IMG/VR virus record: IMGVR_UViG_3300032284_001716
Span: 1 to 64,000 of that record
From: a virus
DNA length: 64,000 bases
Direction: 5' to 3' (one strand)
The notes under the pieces were generated by a model. The model was not told the DNA's origin. It made no database searches and worked only from the letters and a program-made list of their open reading frames with translations. Positions within the stretch are counted from its first letter, which is position 1. The number at the start of each line of letters is the position of its first letter. Below, piece after piece: positions 52,510 to 63,942 of the stretch. The position numbers were made by a program, and so were the translations under genes.

Positions 52510-54057
52510 ATGGGAAAGCTGCTACCTGGTTTCAGAAAATCACTTGTTGATGAGATTCAAATTGGTATTCAAGCCAATACATCTCACTACTATGCTTTCG
52601 CTGCAAACCCCGTTCCATTCACCGGCACAATACCTACTACAAAGGGTGATGATTATGACTCTGTTTTTGGTAGTGATTGGAAGATGGTATTTGGCAAAAA
52701 GCTAAATGCTAATAATATCTTTGCTATGATTAAGAGATATGATTGGACATCTAATACGGTGTATCAATTCTATGATGATAAAAAGGATCTAAGTAACTCA
52801 CAGTTTTATGTGATTACAACACCTACTTCATCAGTCGGTTATTATAACATCTACAAGTGTATCGACAATGCTAATGGTGCACCTTCCACATCACAGCCCG
52901 ATCTAGTTCAGCCACAAAGCTTTCAGAAGTCTGACGGATATATCTGGAGATATATCAGCTCGATCGATTACGTAACATATGCCAGATATACTACAACAAT
53001 GTTCGTCCCAATTACATCAAATGCCACAATTGTAGCTAGTGCTTCTAATTATACTGGTGTTGAGAAGATTGTTGTTACCAATGCTGGTTCTGGTTATGAA
53101 ACGTGGCATAATGGTGCCATCAACGGTGTGCTTGATAGCTTTACCATTCAGATTGCAAATAATGCAGCTACAGTTGATAACTACTATACAAATAATAGCA
53201 TCTACATCTATGATGTTAACGGTGGAACGGCACAGCTTAGAAACATTGTTGCTTATAATTCAACAATTGGTCAGGGTAACTTTATTACAGTTGATGCTGC
53301 AGTTAACACCACTCTTATTACTGCCGGCTCTACACAGTATAAAATTTCTCCACAAGTATACTTTGAAACTGATGCATCTTCGAAGCCTAAGGCATATAGC
53401 ACAATAACACCGGGTAACAATACAATTGGTGCTATTACTATTGTTGATACAGGTTCAGGTCTAAGTTGGGCCAATGCACGAATCATCAGTAACTCTTCAT
53501 ATGGTACTGGCGCAACACTTCGTCCTATTGCTCCGCCCGCGGGTGGCCATGGCCGCGCACCTTCAGCTGAACTTCAATCCGCTGGTATTGGTTACTCATT
53601 TACATTCTCAAATACTGAGCTTAATACTATTTCTACTGACTTAACATACAATCAGATTGGTATCATCAGAAATCCAACATCACTTCTTCAAGATGGATCT
53701 GGTGATAGCAACGGTGTGTTCTGGTTAGCTAACACATTCAATCAAATTTTGAAGGCAAACATTAATCCAACTGGTGTTCTTTATACAGTTGGTGAGACTG
53801 TAAAAGGTAGGACTTCAAATGCCACTGGCATTGTTGTCTTCTCTAATAGTTCAGTTCTTTATCTTGCTGGCGATAAATATTTCTCAAATTTAGAGATGGT
53901 TACATCTAGTGATGGAATTAGATCCACAGCAATCACTATAAATACGTATGGGGACATCTATGCTACCGACGTATATCCGCTGTACGTCCAGAACATTGAT
54001 AACGTAACGCGCTCCAATACCCAGTCTGAGACTTTCAAGCTGATCATACAGGTTTAA
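52510..54057 (+). CDS. gp8: Baseplate wedge gp8
   Basis: RYDWTSNTVY..YDD…FYV…YKCIDN…DGYIWRY…GGHG…R…Q.E.FKLII. Confidence 0.88.
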   Translation: MGKLLPGFRKSLVDEIQIGIQANTSHYYAFAANPVPFTGTIPTTKGDDYDSVFGSDWKMVFGKKLNANNIFAMIKRYDWTSNTVYQFYDDKKDLSNSQFYVITTPTSSVGYYNIYKCIDNANGAPSTSQPDLVQPQSFQKSDGYIWRYISSIDYVTYARYTTTMFVPITSNATIVASASNYTGVEKIVVTNAGSGYETWHNGAINGVLDSFTIQIANNAATVDNYYTNNSIYIYDVNGGTAQLRNIVAYNSTIGQGNFITVDAAVNTTLITAGSTQYKISPQVYFETDASSKPKAYSTITPGNNTIGAITIVDTGSGLSWANARIISNSSYGTGATLRPIAPPAGGHGRAPSAELQSAGIGYSFTFSNTELNTISTDLTYNQIGIIRNPTSLLQDGSGDSNGVFWLANTFNQILKANINPTGVLYTVGETVKGRTSNATGIVVFSNSSVLYLAGDKYFSNLEMVTSSDGIRSTAITINTYGDIYATDVYPLYVQNIDNVTRSNTQSETFKLIIQV

Positions 54058-54066
54058 GGATAGAAG

Positions 54067-57000
54067 ATGCCGATTAATACAGACTTAAATGTCGCCCCAT
54101 TTTTTGATGACTATGATGCAAACAATCAGTACTATCGTGTTCTGTTCCGCCCGGGCACTGCTCTTCAGGCGCGTGAGCTAACACAGATCCAGTCTATCCT
54201 ACAGAATCAGGTTGAGAGCTTTGGTAATTGGGCATTCAAGAATGGTGACATTGTTACCGGCTGTGCTATTACAGATCAGCCAGTTATTCCTTATGTCCGA
54301 CTAGCTGATAGACAAACTAACAGTTATAGTATTACGCCAGCAAATCTTGCTAATACGCGTCTAGTTAGTGCATCATCAAATCTTCAAGCTCGTATCATTC
54401 TAGGCAATCCTGGACTTGTTGGTAACTATCCTAATACTAATATCCTGTATATCCAGTATCTCAATACCGGTACTGCAAATCAGGCAACGTTCTTACCAAA
54501 TGAAACACTGAACATCTATACGATCCCTTCAAATGGGACGATTATTGCAACTGTTAACACATTCTCAAATACTACATCTAACACATATACCACTGGCAAT
54601 GCGCATGGTATCGCCGTTAGTGAAGGTATTGTGTATCTGAATGGTACGTTTGTCAAGGTTCTAAATCCTACATATGGTATTGTCAATGCCTACGGCACGT
54701 CTGCCGGTAATAACTTTGTTGGATTCCAGCTTGTCGAAACTGTTGTTACTGAGAATCAGGATCCATCACTTCTTGATAATGCGCTTGGCTATCCAAACGA
54801 GAATGCACCCGGTGCGTATCGTTTAATGTTGCAGCCAACGCTTGTTGCGATGGATCAGGCAACTGCTGCAAATACAGACGGTTTTAATCCTATTGCACAG
54901 TATAGCTTTGGTAAGCTTGTCAGTAAGCAGCAGACATTAGTAGATCTTCATTCGATCGTTGATGACGCTATCTCAACACGTATCTATGAAGAAGCCGGCA
55001 ACTACGTAGTTAACCCATTTGTTGTTGACACTATCTCTAATGCAGCAGCTCCCGATGCAGCTAATGCTGCAAACGGCTCATCTGATGCAACAAAGGTCCT
55101 TGCTCGTGTCAATCCTGGTGTAGGATATGCCCAGGGCCATAGAGTTGAACTTATCGCAACTCGCTATGCACCTGTTCGTCGTGGTAATGATACGGTATCC
55201 TATAAGTCACAGCAGATTACGTTTAACTACGGTAGCTACTTTGTACTTAATGAAGTATCTGGTGCATTCGCTTTCAGCACGGGTCAAACAGTTGACCTCT
55301 ATAATACAGTTCAACAGTCTGTTACGAATAGAACATTCGGAGGCCTATCTGTTGCGGGTACTAAGATTGGTACAGCACAGGTTCGTTGCTTCACATACAA
55401 CGCCGGCATTCCTGGTCTTAAGGATGCAACATATATCCTTCACGTATTCAACGTTCAGATGATCGCTGGTTATAATACTAACCAAGTCGTCTCCGTGTAT
55501 CTGAATGGTACACCAAAGGCTGTTGGTGACGTTGTCGGTACCGGTCTTCAGTCTGCAAGTACGAAGGATCAACTATACTCAGTTGGTGCAGTTGGCCTAA
55601 AGAATCTTAGAGACTCTGCAAATAACAATAACACTCAGTATGTGTATAGAAGCCAGAACACATCTGCAACTATGCTATCTAATGGTTATATCTCTGTCAC
55701 TATCCCTGCATCTGCAACTGGTGGTACAGACATCCTATCATATGGTAATACCGGTTCAGCCACTCTTCCATCAGTTGATGGTGCTTCTTTCATCGTCATG
55801 TCACAGGCTAATAATCAGTCTGCATCACTGACAGGTACAGTTAACGTCAGCACATCATCAAACGTTGTGACTGCATCTTCACCTATCCTATCAACAACAT
55901 TCTATCAGGGTGATCAGGTTAAGGTAGGCACTGAAATTAGAACTGTTATAACAGTTTCAAACTCAACATCGATGGTTGTTGATGCTCCTTGGTCAGTTGC
56001 AAATGCCGCTGCTAACTACTATAAGTTTATTGCAGCCGGTAAGATCATCCCCGTATATCAGGCTGGTTCAACGGGTGGTGTGTACATCATTAACACAACA
56101 AGCTTTGCGGTTGCAACTAACCTAGCGCTTGCTGGTTCAAGCGGTGTAACAGTCACTTATGATACACAAAGAACAAGCACTATACCTGCTCAAAAGGTTA
56201 TTAAGAAGAATCGCTTTGTCAAGATTCAGGCTAACACGAATCCGGCTGGTCCTCAGGGTCCATACTGCCTTGGTGTTGCCGACGTTCATCAAGTTAGTGC
56301 AATCTACGGTTCAGCTGATGGTTCATATACAACAAGCGGTGTTAACTTAACATCTGCTTTTGCATGGGACCATGGTCAGAAGGACACTCACTATGACTAT
56401 GGTAAGATTATTCCTACCGGTGGTTATAGCCCTTCAACATATCCTTATCTACTAGTTCAGCTTGACTACTTTGTTCCGAATACAACACCAGGTTCTGGCT
56501 TCTTCACTGTAGAGTCGTACGCAATCGATGATTCGAACTCTTCTAATAATAATGCAATTCAAACTAAAGATATTCCTGTCTATGTTGACGAGGGTGGTAC
56601 TACACGCTGGCTGAGAGACTATATCGATTTCCGTATCCCTGCAAACAACGTTTCAGCAGATACCGGTTCAATCGATAGCAGCAATGCTACCCAAGTTACA
56701 ACTGCAATTGCCCTAGCAACTGTCAATCCATCTAATACACTGACGCTGGCTACCGGTTCTGGCTTGATGACACCTGCTTACGGTAAGAATATGAGCGTAG
56801 ATTATACGATCTATCTGCCGCGCCAAGATCTTGTCATGATTACTGCTGACACAACGATCAAGATTAAAGAAGGTCTATCAACCGCTGCGCCACAAACTCC
56901 ATTGTCACCTGACAATGCAATGACACTTGCAGTTCTTAACATTCCTCCATATCCTTCGCTGACAACAGACCAGGTTGATTCTAACCGCCTGAATAATCAG

Positions 57001-57828
57001 CGTTCTATCAATATGGTTCGTGACACCTCAACGGCTATTACTGTTAACCTAGTTATGAACCGTCGCTATACAATGAAGGATATTGGTAAGCTTGATAATC
57101 GTATCGGCAACCTAGAGTACTATACATCTCTATCTCTTCTTGAGCAGAAGGCAAAGTCAACAAGCGTCACCGATCAGAATGGTTTAGACCGCTTTAAGAA
57201 TGGTATCTTTGTCGATCCATTTACAGACTTCAAGAATAGTGATGTAACAAACCCAGAGTATAGCATTGCCATTGATCAAAATAGAGGTCTTGCGCGTCCT
57301 AAGTTCATCACTGAGGTTATTAAGTTTGACTTCAATGCTGGGTCATCTACAAATATCCAGAAGACTTCACGCCTTCTAACACTTCCATATACCTCTAACT
57401 CGTTCATTAACCAGCCATACGCTACAAAGTATAGATCATCGGCACACGTTGCGTCTGCGTGGAACGGTACTCTGGTTCTTGCACCTGCCTATAGCAACCA
57501 TATAGATACTAACAATACAGCTTCTGTTGGTATCACTATAGATAATGCAACACCATGGCAGCAATTTGCTAACTCACCTATGGGTTCAGCGTGGGGTAGT
57601 TGGCAGACTACTTCTAATGTATCAAGCTATAGCGTACAGACAGGTACACAAGACGTCTTGAAGGTTGAGCTTGGTTATCAGTATGTGCAGAGTACTGCTC
57701 AGCAGGCTATCGATAGAGCGATTGGTCAATATCAGGCTCAAGGTTATCAGATTGGTGGAACATCAACTACATTTACCTCTGGCCATGGTGGTATTGGTTC
57801 GAACGCGTCGATAACAAAAATTAATTAA
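54067..57828 (+). CDS. Large structural protein DUF4815/VrlC-like, N-terminal part
   Basis: NVAPFFDDY…VLFRPG..LQARELTQ.QSILQ; APGAYR; RRYTMKDIG.L..RI.NLEYYTSLSLLE; RFKNGIFVD. Confidence 0.85.
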   Translation: MPINTDLNVAPFFDDYDANNQYYRVLFRPGTALQARELTQIQSILQNQVESFGNWAFKNGDIVTGCAITDQPVIPYVRLADRQTNSYSITPANLANTRLVSASSNLQARIILGNPGLVGNYPNTNILYIQYLNTGTANQATFLPNETLNIYTIPSNGTIIATVNTFSNTTSNTYTTGNAHGIAVSEGIVYLNGTFVKVLNPTYGIVNAYGTSAGNNFVGFQLVETVVTENQDPSLLDNALGYPNENAPGAYRLMLQPTLVAMDQATAANTDGFNPIAQYSFGKLVSKQQTLVDLHSIVDDAISTRIYEEAGNYVVNPFVVDTISNAAAPDAANAANGSSDATKVLARVNPGVGYAQGHRVELIATRYAPVRRGNDTVSYKSQQITFNYGSYFVLNEVSGAFAFSTGQTVDLYNTVQQSVTNRTFGGLSVAGTKIGTAQVRCFTYNAGIPGLKDATYILHVFNVQMIAGYNTNQVVSVYLNGTPKAVGDVVGTGLQSASTKDQLYSVGAVGLKNLRDSANNNNTQYVYRSQNTSATMLSNGYISVTIPASATGGTDILSYGNTGSATLPSVDGASFIVMSQANNQSASLTGTVNVSTSSNVVTASSPILSTTFYQGDQVKVGTEIRTVITVSNSTSMVVDAPWSVANAAANYYKFIAAGKIIPVYQAGSTGGVYIINTTSFAVATNLALAGSSGVTVTYDTQRTSTIPAQKVIKKNRFVKIQANTNPAGPQGPYCLGVADVHQVSAIYGSADGSYTTSGVNLTSAFAWDHGQKDTHYDYGKIIPTGGYSPSTYPYLLVQLDYFVPNTTPGSGFFTVESYAIDDSNSSNNNAIQTKDIPVYVDEGGTTRWLRDYIDFRIPANNVSADTGSIDSSNATQVTTAIALATVNPSNTLTLATGSGLMTPAYGKNMSVDYTIYLPRQDLVMITADTTIKIKEGLSTAAPQTPLSPDNAMTLAVLNIPPYPSLTTDQVDSNRLNNQRSINMVRDTSTAITVNLVMNRRYTMKDIGKLDNRIGNLEYYTSLSLLEQKAKSTSVTDQNGLDRFKNGIFVDPFTDFKNSDVTNPEYSIAIDQNRGLARPKFITEVIKFDFNAGSSTNIQKTSRLLTLPYTSNSFINQPYATKYRSSAHVASAWNGTLVLAPAYSNHIDTNNTASVGITIDNATPWQQFANSPMGSAWGSWQTTSNVSSYSVQTGTQDVLKVELGYQYVQSTAQQAIDRAIGQYQAQGYQIGGTSTTFTSGHGGIGSNASITKIN

Positions 57829-57842
57829 GTTGGAGATATAAA

Positions 57843-60524
57843 TTGAGCGCAGTTTTAAGCACATACACTACAGATGTTGAGACCTCTACTCGTAGTGGCC
57901 AACAGGTGGTTGTGGATACAAACACAACTAAGCAAAATATCGGTAATTTTGTTACTGATATTTCTCTGCAGCCATACATGGCAGCGGAGGTTATCTCCTT
58001 CTATGCTTACAATATTCGCCCAGGTGCCCGTGTCCACTGCTTCTTTGATAGTGTCAATGTTGATGCTTACTGCGCGCCGGGCGTCACATCAGTGGCTAAC
58101 ACAACATCTATCGATACCTCAACAAACGCGTCTATCGTAAAGACTGCAGACTGGGGTACTGCAATCTATGCAGACTCAGCAGGTCATGTGTTTGGTCAGT
58201 TTGCTATTCCTGGCGGAACGTTTAAGACAGGTGACCGTACATTCACAATTGCTGATACTGCTAACCTGATCCTTGGTGCCGATGCTCTTACAACTAAAGC
58301 TGCAGCAACATTCACTGCATCTAATCTAAGTGTTACTAAACAGACTGTAACACTGACGACAGTTAACCCAATTGTGTCGGTTGTCCCTGTATCACAAACA
58401 GTTGTAAACACAACCTATTCGAACACATCAATTAATCTTCCTGACATCGTTTATATCGATGCTCAGTGGGAGCCTATTGCTCAGACACTTTCTATTAACA
58501 CACCTAACGGTGAAGCTGGTGTTTATGCAGTATCACTTGACCTATACTTTAAGCAGAAGTCATCTCTTGGTAACCATGGTGTAACTGTATATCTCTGTGA
58601 GATCGCCAACGGTTATCCTGATGGCAAAAAGATTCTGCCGTTCTCAACAGTGCACTTAAATGACGCTGACATCAATATTAGCGAGGATGCATCGGTTAAG
58701 ACTACATTCGTATTTGAAGCTCCTGTTTTCCTAAACAATGGAATAGAATACGCCTTTATCTGTAAGCCTGATGCTAACGATCCGGACATTTGGGTTTATA
58801 GTGCTGCACTAGGCGACATCGATATTAAATCTGGTATTCAGGTATACAGCCAGCCAGTTCAAGGCACAGCATTCTTCGGTGCCACTATGACAGAGTGGAC
58901 CGCACTACAAACAGAATATATCAAACATACACTCAATATTGCTGTATTCACTCAGGCAAGAGGCGATGTTTATTTTAACAATTCTAACACTGACTATCTG
59001 ACAATTCAGAATATTGCTTTTAATAACTCTAATACGACGATTCTTCCGGGTGATACAGTATATCAGTCAGGCAACAGCACAGTCACAACAGTTAATACCT
59101 CAATTAAGGGAACTGTTCATGGATATGATAATACACGAAACATCCTTCGTGTTTCCGATTCTGGTGCAAACTTCTCAAATAATGCATACATCCAAGTACA
59201 TCGTTTTGCCAACTCAACACTAAGATCATCACCCGGACCCAACACATCTACACTAGTAGCTTTCGGTAATACCGGTGCAATATACAATCCTGTTGTAGAC
59301 TCTATCGTTGGTCAGTTTGCTACGATCACTCCTGCAGGTACAAGCGTAAGCTTTGACTATAAGGGTGCCAGCAACACATACCTGATTGATACTGGCAACT
59401 CAATTCCGATTACCCCTGGTATCGAAACAGATATGTTCGATAAGGAAAGAATTGTAGGTAGCGTATCGAACGAAGCATCAGCCGGTACCGGTAAGACACT
59501 GACAATGCATGCGCGCATGCAATCTGACTCTGCTCTTCTTTCACCGGTCATTGATCTTGTCAAGGCTAATAGTTTAGTTATTGCGAATCAGGTCGACCCT
59601 GTAGGTTTCATTTATAATGAGTACTATAACAATGGTACATCAAAGACAAAGTATATCTCTCAACTTGTCACTCTAGCCGCTGGTCAGGATGCACAGGATC
59701 TGCAGATCCATCTAACAGCACACCGTCCGGTCGGTACCGATATTCAGGTTTATGTTAAGTTCCTTAATAGCCAAGATCCTGAACCAATGGTTAATAAGAC
59801 TTGGACACCAATGGTTAACCTCGGTTGGAATATCTATGGCGATCCGGGCAATCCAAATGCATCCAATGAATATGTATTCCAGACATTCCCTTACTATGGT
59901 CTAACACCTACAACCGGCACTATTACTGCTAACAGCGTATTGGCTAATACAGTAACTGGCGTCAGTACTCTGTTTGGTACAGAGGTTAAGGTTGGCCAGT
60001 GGATTAACATGGCTGCAAACACAACGTACTCTGAAAATGCACGTCAGGTTGTTGCAATTGCAAGTAACACCTCAATGACTCTGAGCGCACCATTTGGTAC
60101 TAACTATGCTGCTGGTTCTTCATACTATATTGTGCCACCACCTACTACGGCTTGGAACTCAACGACATTCTCGACACTTCAGACTGGTAATATCGCTGCA
60201 AATACGACGACAAATATCATTACCGGTACAGGTACAAACTTCCTATCACTTCTACCTGGACAAACCATTAGTTTTGCACAGGATAGTGATATTATCGTTA
60301 GTATCACTAACTCTACATCTTTGGCGGTACGTACTCCGTGGTCATCAACGGTATCTGGTGCTAACATGTATCTGGTAAGCACTGGTGGTGTTTCTTATCT
60401 GAACTCTAAGAATAGCCTATACACAACATTTAATAGATTCCAAATTAAGGTTATCCTTCAATCAAACGATAGCTCTAAAGTCCCACTTATCAATGACTTA
60501 CGAGCATTGGCTATGCAGCTCTAA
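57843..60524 (+). CDS. Large structural protein DUF4815/VrlC-like, C-terminal part
   Basis: PYM…FFD…F.IP…FKTGDR; PIAQT…LDLYF..K; LSPVID; KYIS..V.L; P.INDLRALA; TTG start with GGAG SD. Confidence 0.8.
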   Translation: MSAVLSTYTTDVETSTRSGQQVVVDTNTTKQNIGNFVTDISLQPYMAAEVISFYAYNIRPGARVHCFFDSVNVDAYCAPGVTSVANTTSIDTSTNASIVKTADWGTAIYADSAGHVFGQFAIPGGTFKTGDRTFTIADTANLILGADALTTKAAATFTASNLSVTKQTVTLTTVNPIVSVVPVSQTVVNTTYSNTSINLPDIVYIDAQWEPIAQTLSINTPNGEAGVYAVSLDLYFKQKSSLGNHGVTVYLCEIANGYPDGKKILPFSTVHLNDADINISEDASVKTTFVFEAPVFLNNGIEYAFICKPDANDPDIWVYSAALGDIDIKSGIQVYSQPVQGTAFFGATMTEWTALQTEYIKHTLNIAVFTQARGDVYFNNSNTDYLTIQNIAFNNSNTTILPGDTVYQSGNSTVTTVNTSIKGTVHGYDNTRNILRVSDSGANFSNNAYIQVHRFANSTLRSSPGPNTSTLVAFGNTGAIYNPVVDSIVGQFATITPAGTSVSFDYKGASNTYLIDTGNSIPITPGIETDMFDKERIVGSVSNEASAGTGKTLTMHARMQSDSALLSPVIDLVKANSLVIANQVDPVGFIYNEYYNNGTSKTKYISQLVTLAAGQDAQDLQIHLTAHRPVGTDIQVYVKFLNSQDPEPMVNKTWTPMVNLGWNIYGDPGNPNASNEYVFQTFPYYGLTPTTGTITANSVLANTVTGVSTLFGTEVKVGQWINMAANTTYSENARQVVAIASNTSMTLSAPFGTNYAAGSSYYIVPPPTTAWNSTTFSTLQTGNIAANTTTNIITGTGTNFLSLLPGQTISFAQDSDIIVSITNSTSLAVRTPWSSTVSGANMYLVSTGGVSYLNSKNSLYTTFNRFQIKVILQSNDSSKVPLINDLRALAMQL

Positions 60525-60525
60525 A

Positions 60526-60738
60526 ATGTCTAATAAATATGTAAAGACTGATGTTGAAGGTTTAGTTAGAGATATGCATTCAGGAGCAATCCTAAATGTG
60601 GACTACGCTGGACTCTCAGCTTATAAGAAACAAAAGAAGGCGTTTGAGACGACTCAGAATATGTCTGAAAGACTGGATAAGTTAGAAGGCGATATGGATG
60701 AGATTAAACAGATGCTACAACTGCTATTAAAAAGATAG
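60526..60738 (+). CDS. Small coiled-coil protein typical downstream of VrlC-like genes
   Basis: LVRD..SGAILN…DEIKQMLQLLL. Confidence 0.75.
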   Translation: MSNKYVKTDVEGLVRDMHSGAILNVDYAGLSAYKKQKKAFETTQNMSERLDKLEGDMDEIKQMLQLLLKR

Positions 60739-60744
60739 GCTTAA

Positions 60745-61320
60745 ATGACAGTCACAGTTCAAAATACTACGGTCACTAGTACGTTCGACTTCTGGCGAAA
60801 TCGTACTAACGAACTTGCAACTGCGATGTCGACAGTGGCTGTCACGGTCAACTCTAATACAGCTGCAGGTAATGCTGCTATCTCCGGAACGTTTACTGCT
60901 AACGTAATTAACGTTTCTAATGGTTCTAGCAATATCGTCATCTCATCACCAACCACTGCCCAGAAGACAAGTGGTCAGTATGCTCTGAATGCCAATAACT
61001 CTTGGACTTATAATCCAACGAGTAATGGTTCATTCACAACAAATGGCCCATTGATTCAGAATGTCGATAGTTTTGCTATGACCTTCAATGCTGCTGAATA
61101 TTTAATTAGTGTTGTTGATAATACAGCCAATAATTTCTATGCCTCAAAGCTTCTAGTCACCCACAATACCGGCAATAGTTTTGTGACAGAGTATGGTAGC
61201 ATCACTACTAATACAGCACTTGGTACTTTTAGCTCTGGATCTAACTCAACAGCTGTTATCCTTAGATTCACACCAACCTCTTCGAATACCACTGTTAAAT
61301 TTGCAAGGACACTTATCTAA
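60745..61320 (+). CDS. Virion structural/fibre protein
   Basis: TFDFWR.RTNE N-terminus; AEYLI…LVTH…TEYG beta-sandwich. Confidence 0.7.
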   Translation: MTVTVQNTTVTSTFDFWRNRTNELATAMSTVAVTVNSNTAAGNAAISGTFTANVINVSNGSSNIVISSPTTAQKTSGQYALNANNSWTYNPTSNGSFTTNGPLIQNVDSFAMTFNAAEYLISVVDNTANNFYASKLLVTHNTGNSFVTEYGSITTNTALGTFSSGSNSTAVILRFTPTSSNTTVKFARTLI

Positions 61321-61652
61321 TGGCCACTAAGGCTAATTTAGTCATTGATCAGGGGGCCACTTATAGTACTGACATCTATCTACTAGATGATAATGGCGAT
61401 TCGTTGATGCTTGGAAATTATACTGTGGCTTCTCAGATGAGAAAGTCATACACATCTTCAAACGCTATTAGCTTTTCCTGCAGTACCAACGTTATTGAAG
61501 GAACTATTACATTATCATTAACAGCTGCACAAACCGGCGCTATTACACCAGGACGTTTTGTATATGATGTAGAACTAACGGACACATATTCAAACACGGT
61601 TTCCCGTGTGGTGGAAGGTATTGTCACGGTAACACCTCAAGTAACGAGGTAA
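61320..61652 (+). CDS. Fibre adaptor-like structural protein
   Basis: NLVIDQGA…QMRKSY…L.AAQT…YDVE…RVVEG.VTVTP.VTR. Confidence 0.75.
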   Translation: MATKANLVIDQGATYSTDIYLLDDNGDSLMLGNYTVASQMRKSYTSSNAISFSCSTNVIEGTITLSLTAAQTGAITPGRFVYDVELTDTYSNTVSRVVEGIVTVTPQVTR

Positions 61653-61654
61653 AT

Positions 61655-61894
61655 ATGTCCAACATAATTGTAGCCAAGGTCAATAACGGTGGTGTGATAA
61701 ACAGTCAGACACCAGTGACCATCAAGAATACTCCTACCCTGATTAGCGGTAACGCTCATCTTAGGGTTGAGCAACTAACCAATGTAGATTCAACCGGGGA
61801 AGTAGACGGGGGAACACTAATTTATAATGCTAATACGGGAACATGGTCTATACAACAGATCATAGTTACGTTCTTTGATGGTGGATCTTTCTAA
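61655..61894 (+). CDS. Small structural protein
   Basis: Ends DGGSF; L.NVD…G.LIYN. Confidence 0.7.
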   Translation: MSNIIVAKVNNGGVINSQTPVTIKNTPTLISGNAHLRVEQLTNVDSTGEVDGGTLIYNANTGTWSIQQIIVTFFDGGSF

Positions 61895-61904
61895 TCCTAA
61901 ATCT

Positions 61905-61912
61905 TATAAATA
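61905..61912 (+). promoter_or_regulatory. T4-type late promoter
   Basis: TATAAATA upstream of fibre gene. Confidence 0.75.
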
Positions 61913-61941
61913 TAAGAAAATAACAAAGAGGACCACCAGTA

Positions 61942-63915
61942 ATGGCAAACCTAATTCAGATCAAAAGAAGTAATACTGCTGCTACACCGGCAAACACGCT
62001 GAATGGTGGTGAGCTTGCATATTCGTATAACAGTAACTCACTCTTCATGGGTGCACAGACAGGTATATCAGCTGCTGGCTTTAAGATCGGTGGTTGGAAG
62101 TACAACTACCTTGATCAGGCTGGTAACCCTGGTGTCCTAACAGCCAACGCTGTCGTTATTGTCGACAATAACGGTTTCCATAACAACGTATATACTCAGG
62201 GTCTTACTGTTCAGACCTCAGGTGCTATCACAGCACCAACTATCACGTCAGTTTCAAACACAGCTAACTCTACACAGCTTGGTGCTGGTGGTTCAGGCCT
62301 AGGTACAGAGCTTGCTACAACAGCAGCTATTGTCACCTACGTTGCTGGTAGAACTGGTGCAGCGGTTGGTGCTAATGGTCAGCTACTATTCAACAACTCA
62401 GGTATCGTCACAAGTACGTCGACAATCGCGTACGACTATACGACCGGCGCTATCACTATTGGTAACACGACTGTAAACGTACAGATTGGTTACGTTTCTG
62501 GCGGCGGTCAGCAGATGCAACATTGGCATGGTAATGCCAATACATATATGCAAGTTCAGATGACTAACGCTAATACCGGTACATCTGCTTCTACAGACTA
62601 TATTGTAAACGCCGATAACTATACCGATACAACTAACTACGTCGACCTTGGTATCAACGGTTCTGGCTGGTCAAACACACAGTGGACAATTAACGGCGCT
62701 GATGACGGTTATCTGTATGCCGCTAACGGCACGATGGCTATCGGTACTGCGTCTGCTAAGGCAGTTCAGTTCTTCTCAAACGGTACACTTGCTACTAACG
62801 AAGTTATGCGCATCGATGCTGGTGCAAACGTTGGTATTGGTAACACAAACCCGAATGCTAAGCTTCAGGTAACTGGTACTGCTAACGTCTCCGGCGCAGC
62901 TCGTCTTGGAAGCACACTGACTGTTGATGGTGTCACAAACCTTAACGGTAACCTGACGATCTCTGCAACCTCAGGTCTTTCTGTAAACGGTTCGTACGGT
63001 ACATCTGGTCAGGTTCTTGTTTCGAACGGTTCTGCTCTATATTGGGGTACAGGCACTTCAGGTGCTAATACACAGGTTCAGTTCAACGATAACGGTGTTG
63101 CTAACGCCTCTGCCGCGTTTACCTTCAACAAGGTATCTAATACACTTACAGTTGCTAACCTTGTAACAACATCTTCAGCTAACGTTGTTAACACAACTCT
63201 ATCTGGCACATTCACAAACGTAACATCGACAACTACATCGATCGGTGGTACTACAACGACTCTGTCTTCGAATGTCACCATTACTGGTGCAAACATTCAG
63301 GCTACATCGTCAACGTTCAATATTCAGAACGTTAACGTCTCTGGTAACCTTGTCGTCAGCGGTACACTAACTGCGATTGACTCTACAATCATCCAGACTA
63401 AAGACAACATCATTCAGTTTGCTGATCAGCAAGCTAATACAGCAACATTCCTTGATGCTGTCGACACTGGTTTCTATGTTCAGACTGGTAACACGTCAAC
63501 TTCATTCTATTCAGGTCTAGTTCGTGTTGCGGCAGGTTCTACTAATACTAACCCGCTGTTCAAGTTGTTCTCGACAGGCACATCTGTTAATACTACTATT
63601 ATCGATACTGCTGCAACACTTGGTACATTGCAGGCTTACCTGTCATCAAGTGCCCTAACAACAAACAGCACGGTTGTCAATATCACAGCTAACTCTACAG
63701 TTTCTGTAGCTCTAGTTGCTAACTCGCTGTCACTATCGACCGCTCTTCCTGCTACATCAGGCGGTACCGGTACGGGCACATATACATCTGGTGATATTCT
63801 AGTGGCTAACACCGGTAACGTACTAAATAAGTTAAGCCTTGGTACTTCTGGCTATGTACTTCAATCAAACGGCACTGCACTAGTCTATTCAACACTAGAC
63901 GGTGGTACATTCTAA
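61942..63915 (+). CDS. Tail fibre protein
   Basis: IQIKRS…P…L..GELAYS N-terminus; Thr/Asn/Gly-rich; ends LDGGTF. Confidence 0.8.
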   Translation: MANLIQIKRSNTAATPANTLNGGELAYSYNSNSLFMGAQTGISAAGFKIGGWKYNYLDQAGNPGVLTANAVVIVDNNGFHNNVYTQGLTVQTSGAITAPTITSVSNTANSTQLGAGGSGLGTELATTAAIVTYVAGRTGAAVGANGQLLFNNSGIVTSTSTIAYDYTTGAITIGNTTVNVQIGYVSGGGQQMQHWHGNANTYMQVQMTNANTGTSASTDYIVNADNYTDTTNYVDLGINGSGWSNTQWTINGADDGYLYAANGTMAIGTASAKAVQFFSNGTLATNEVMRIDAGANVGIGNTNPNAKLQVTGTANVSGAARLGSTLTVDGVTNLNGNLTISATSGLSVNGSYGTSGQVLVSNGSALYWGTGTSGANTQVQFNDNGVANASAAFTFNKVSNTLTVANLVTTSSANVVNTTLSGTFTNVTSTTTSIGGTTTTLSSNVTITGANIQATSSTFNIQNVNVSGNLVVSGTLTAIDSTIIQTKDNIIQFADQQANTATFLDAVDTGFYVQTGNTSTSFYSGLVRVAAGSTNTNPLFKLFSTGTSVNTTIIDTAATLGTLQAYLSSSALTTNSTVVNITANSTVSVALVANSLSLSTALPATSGGTGTGTYTSGDILVANTGNVLNKLSLGTSGYVLQSNGTALVYSTLDGGTF

Positions 63916-63942
63916 CGTTAACATTAATGGATCTATTATATC

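Noticed and set aside
54067-63915. Diversity-generating retroelement or invertible fibre cassette
   Set aside because: No reverse transcriptase, recombinase or template/variable repeat pair noticed
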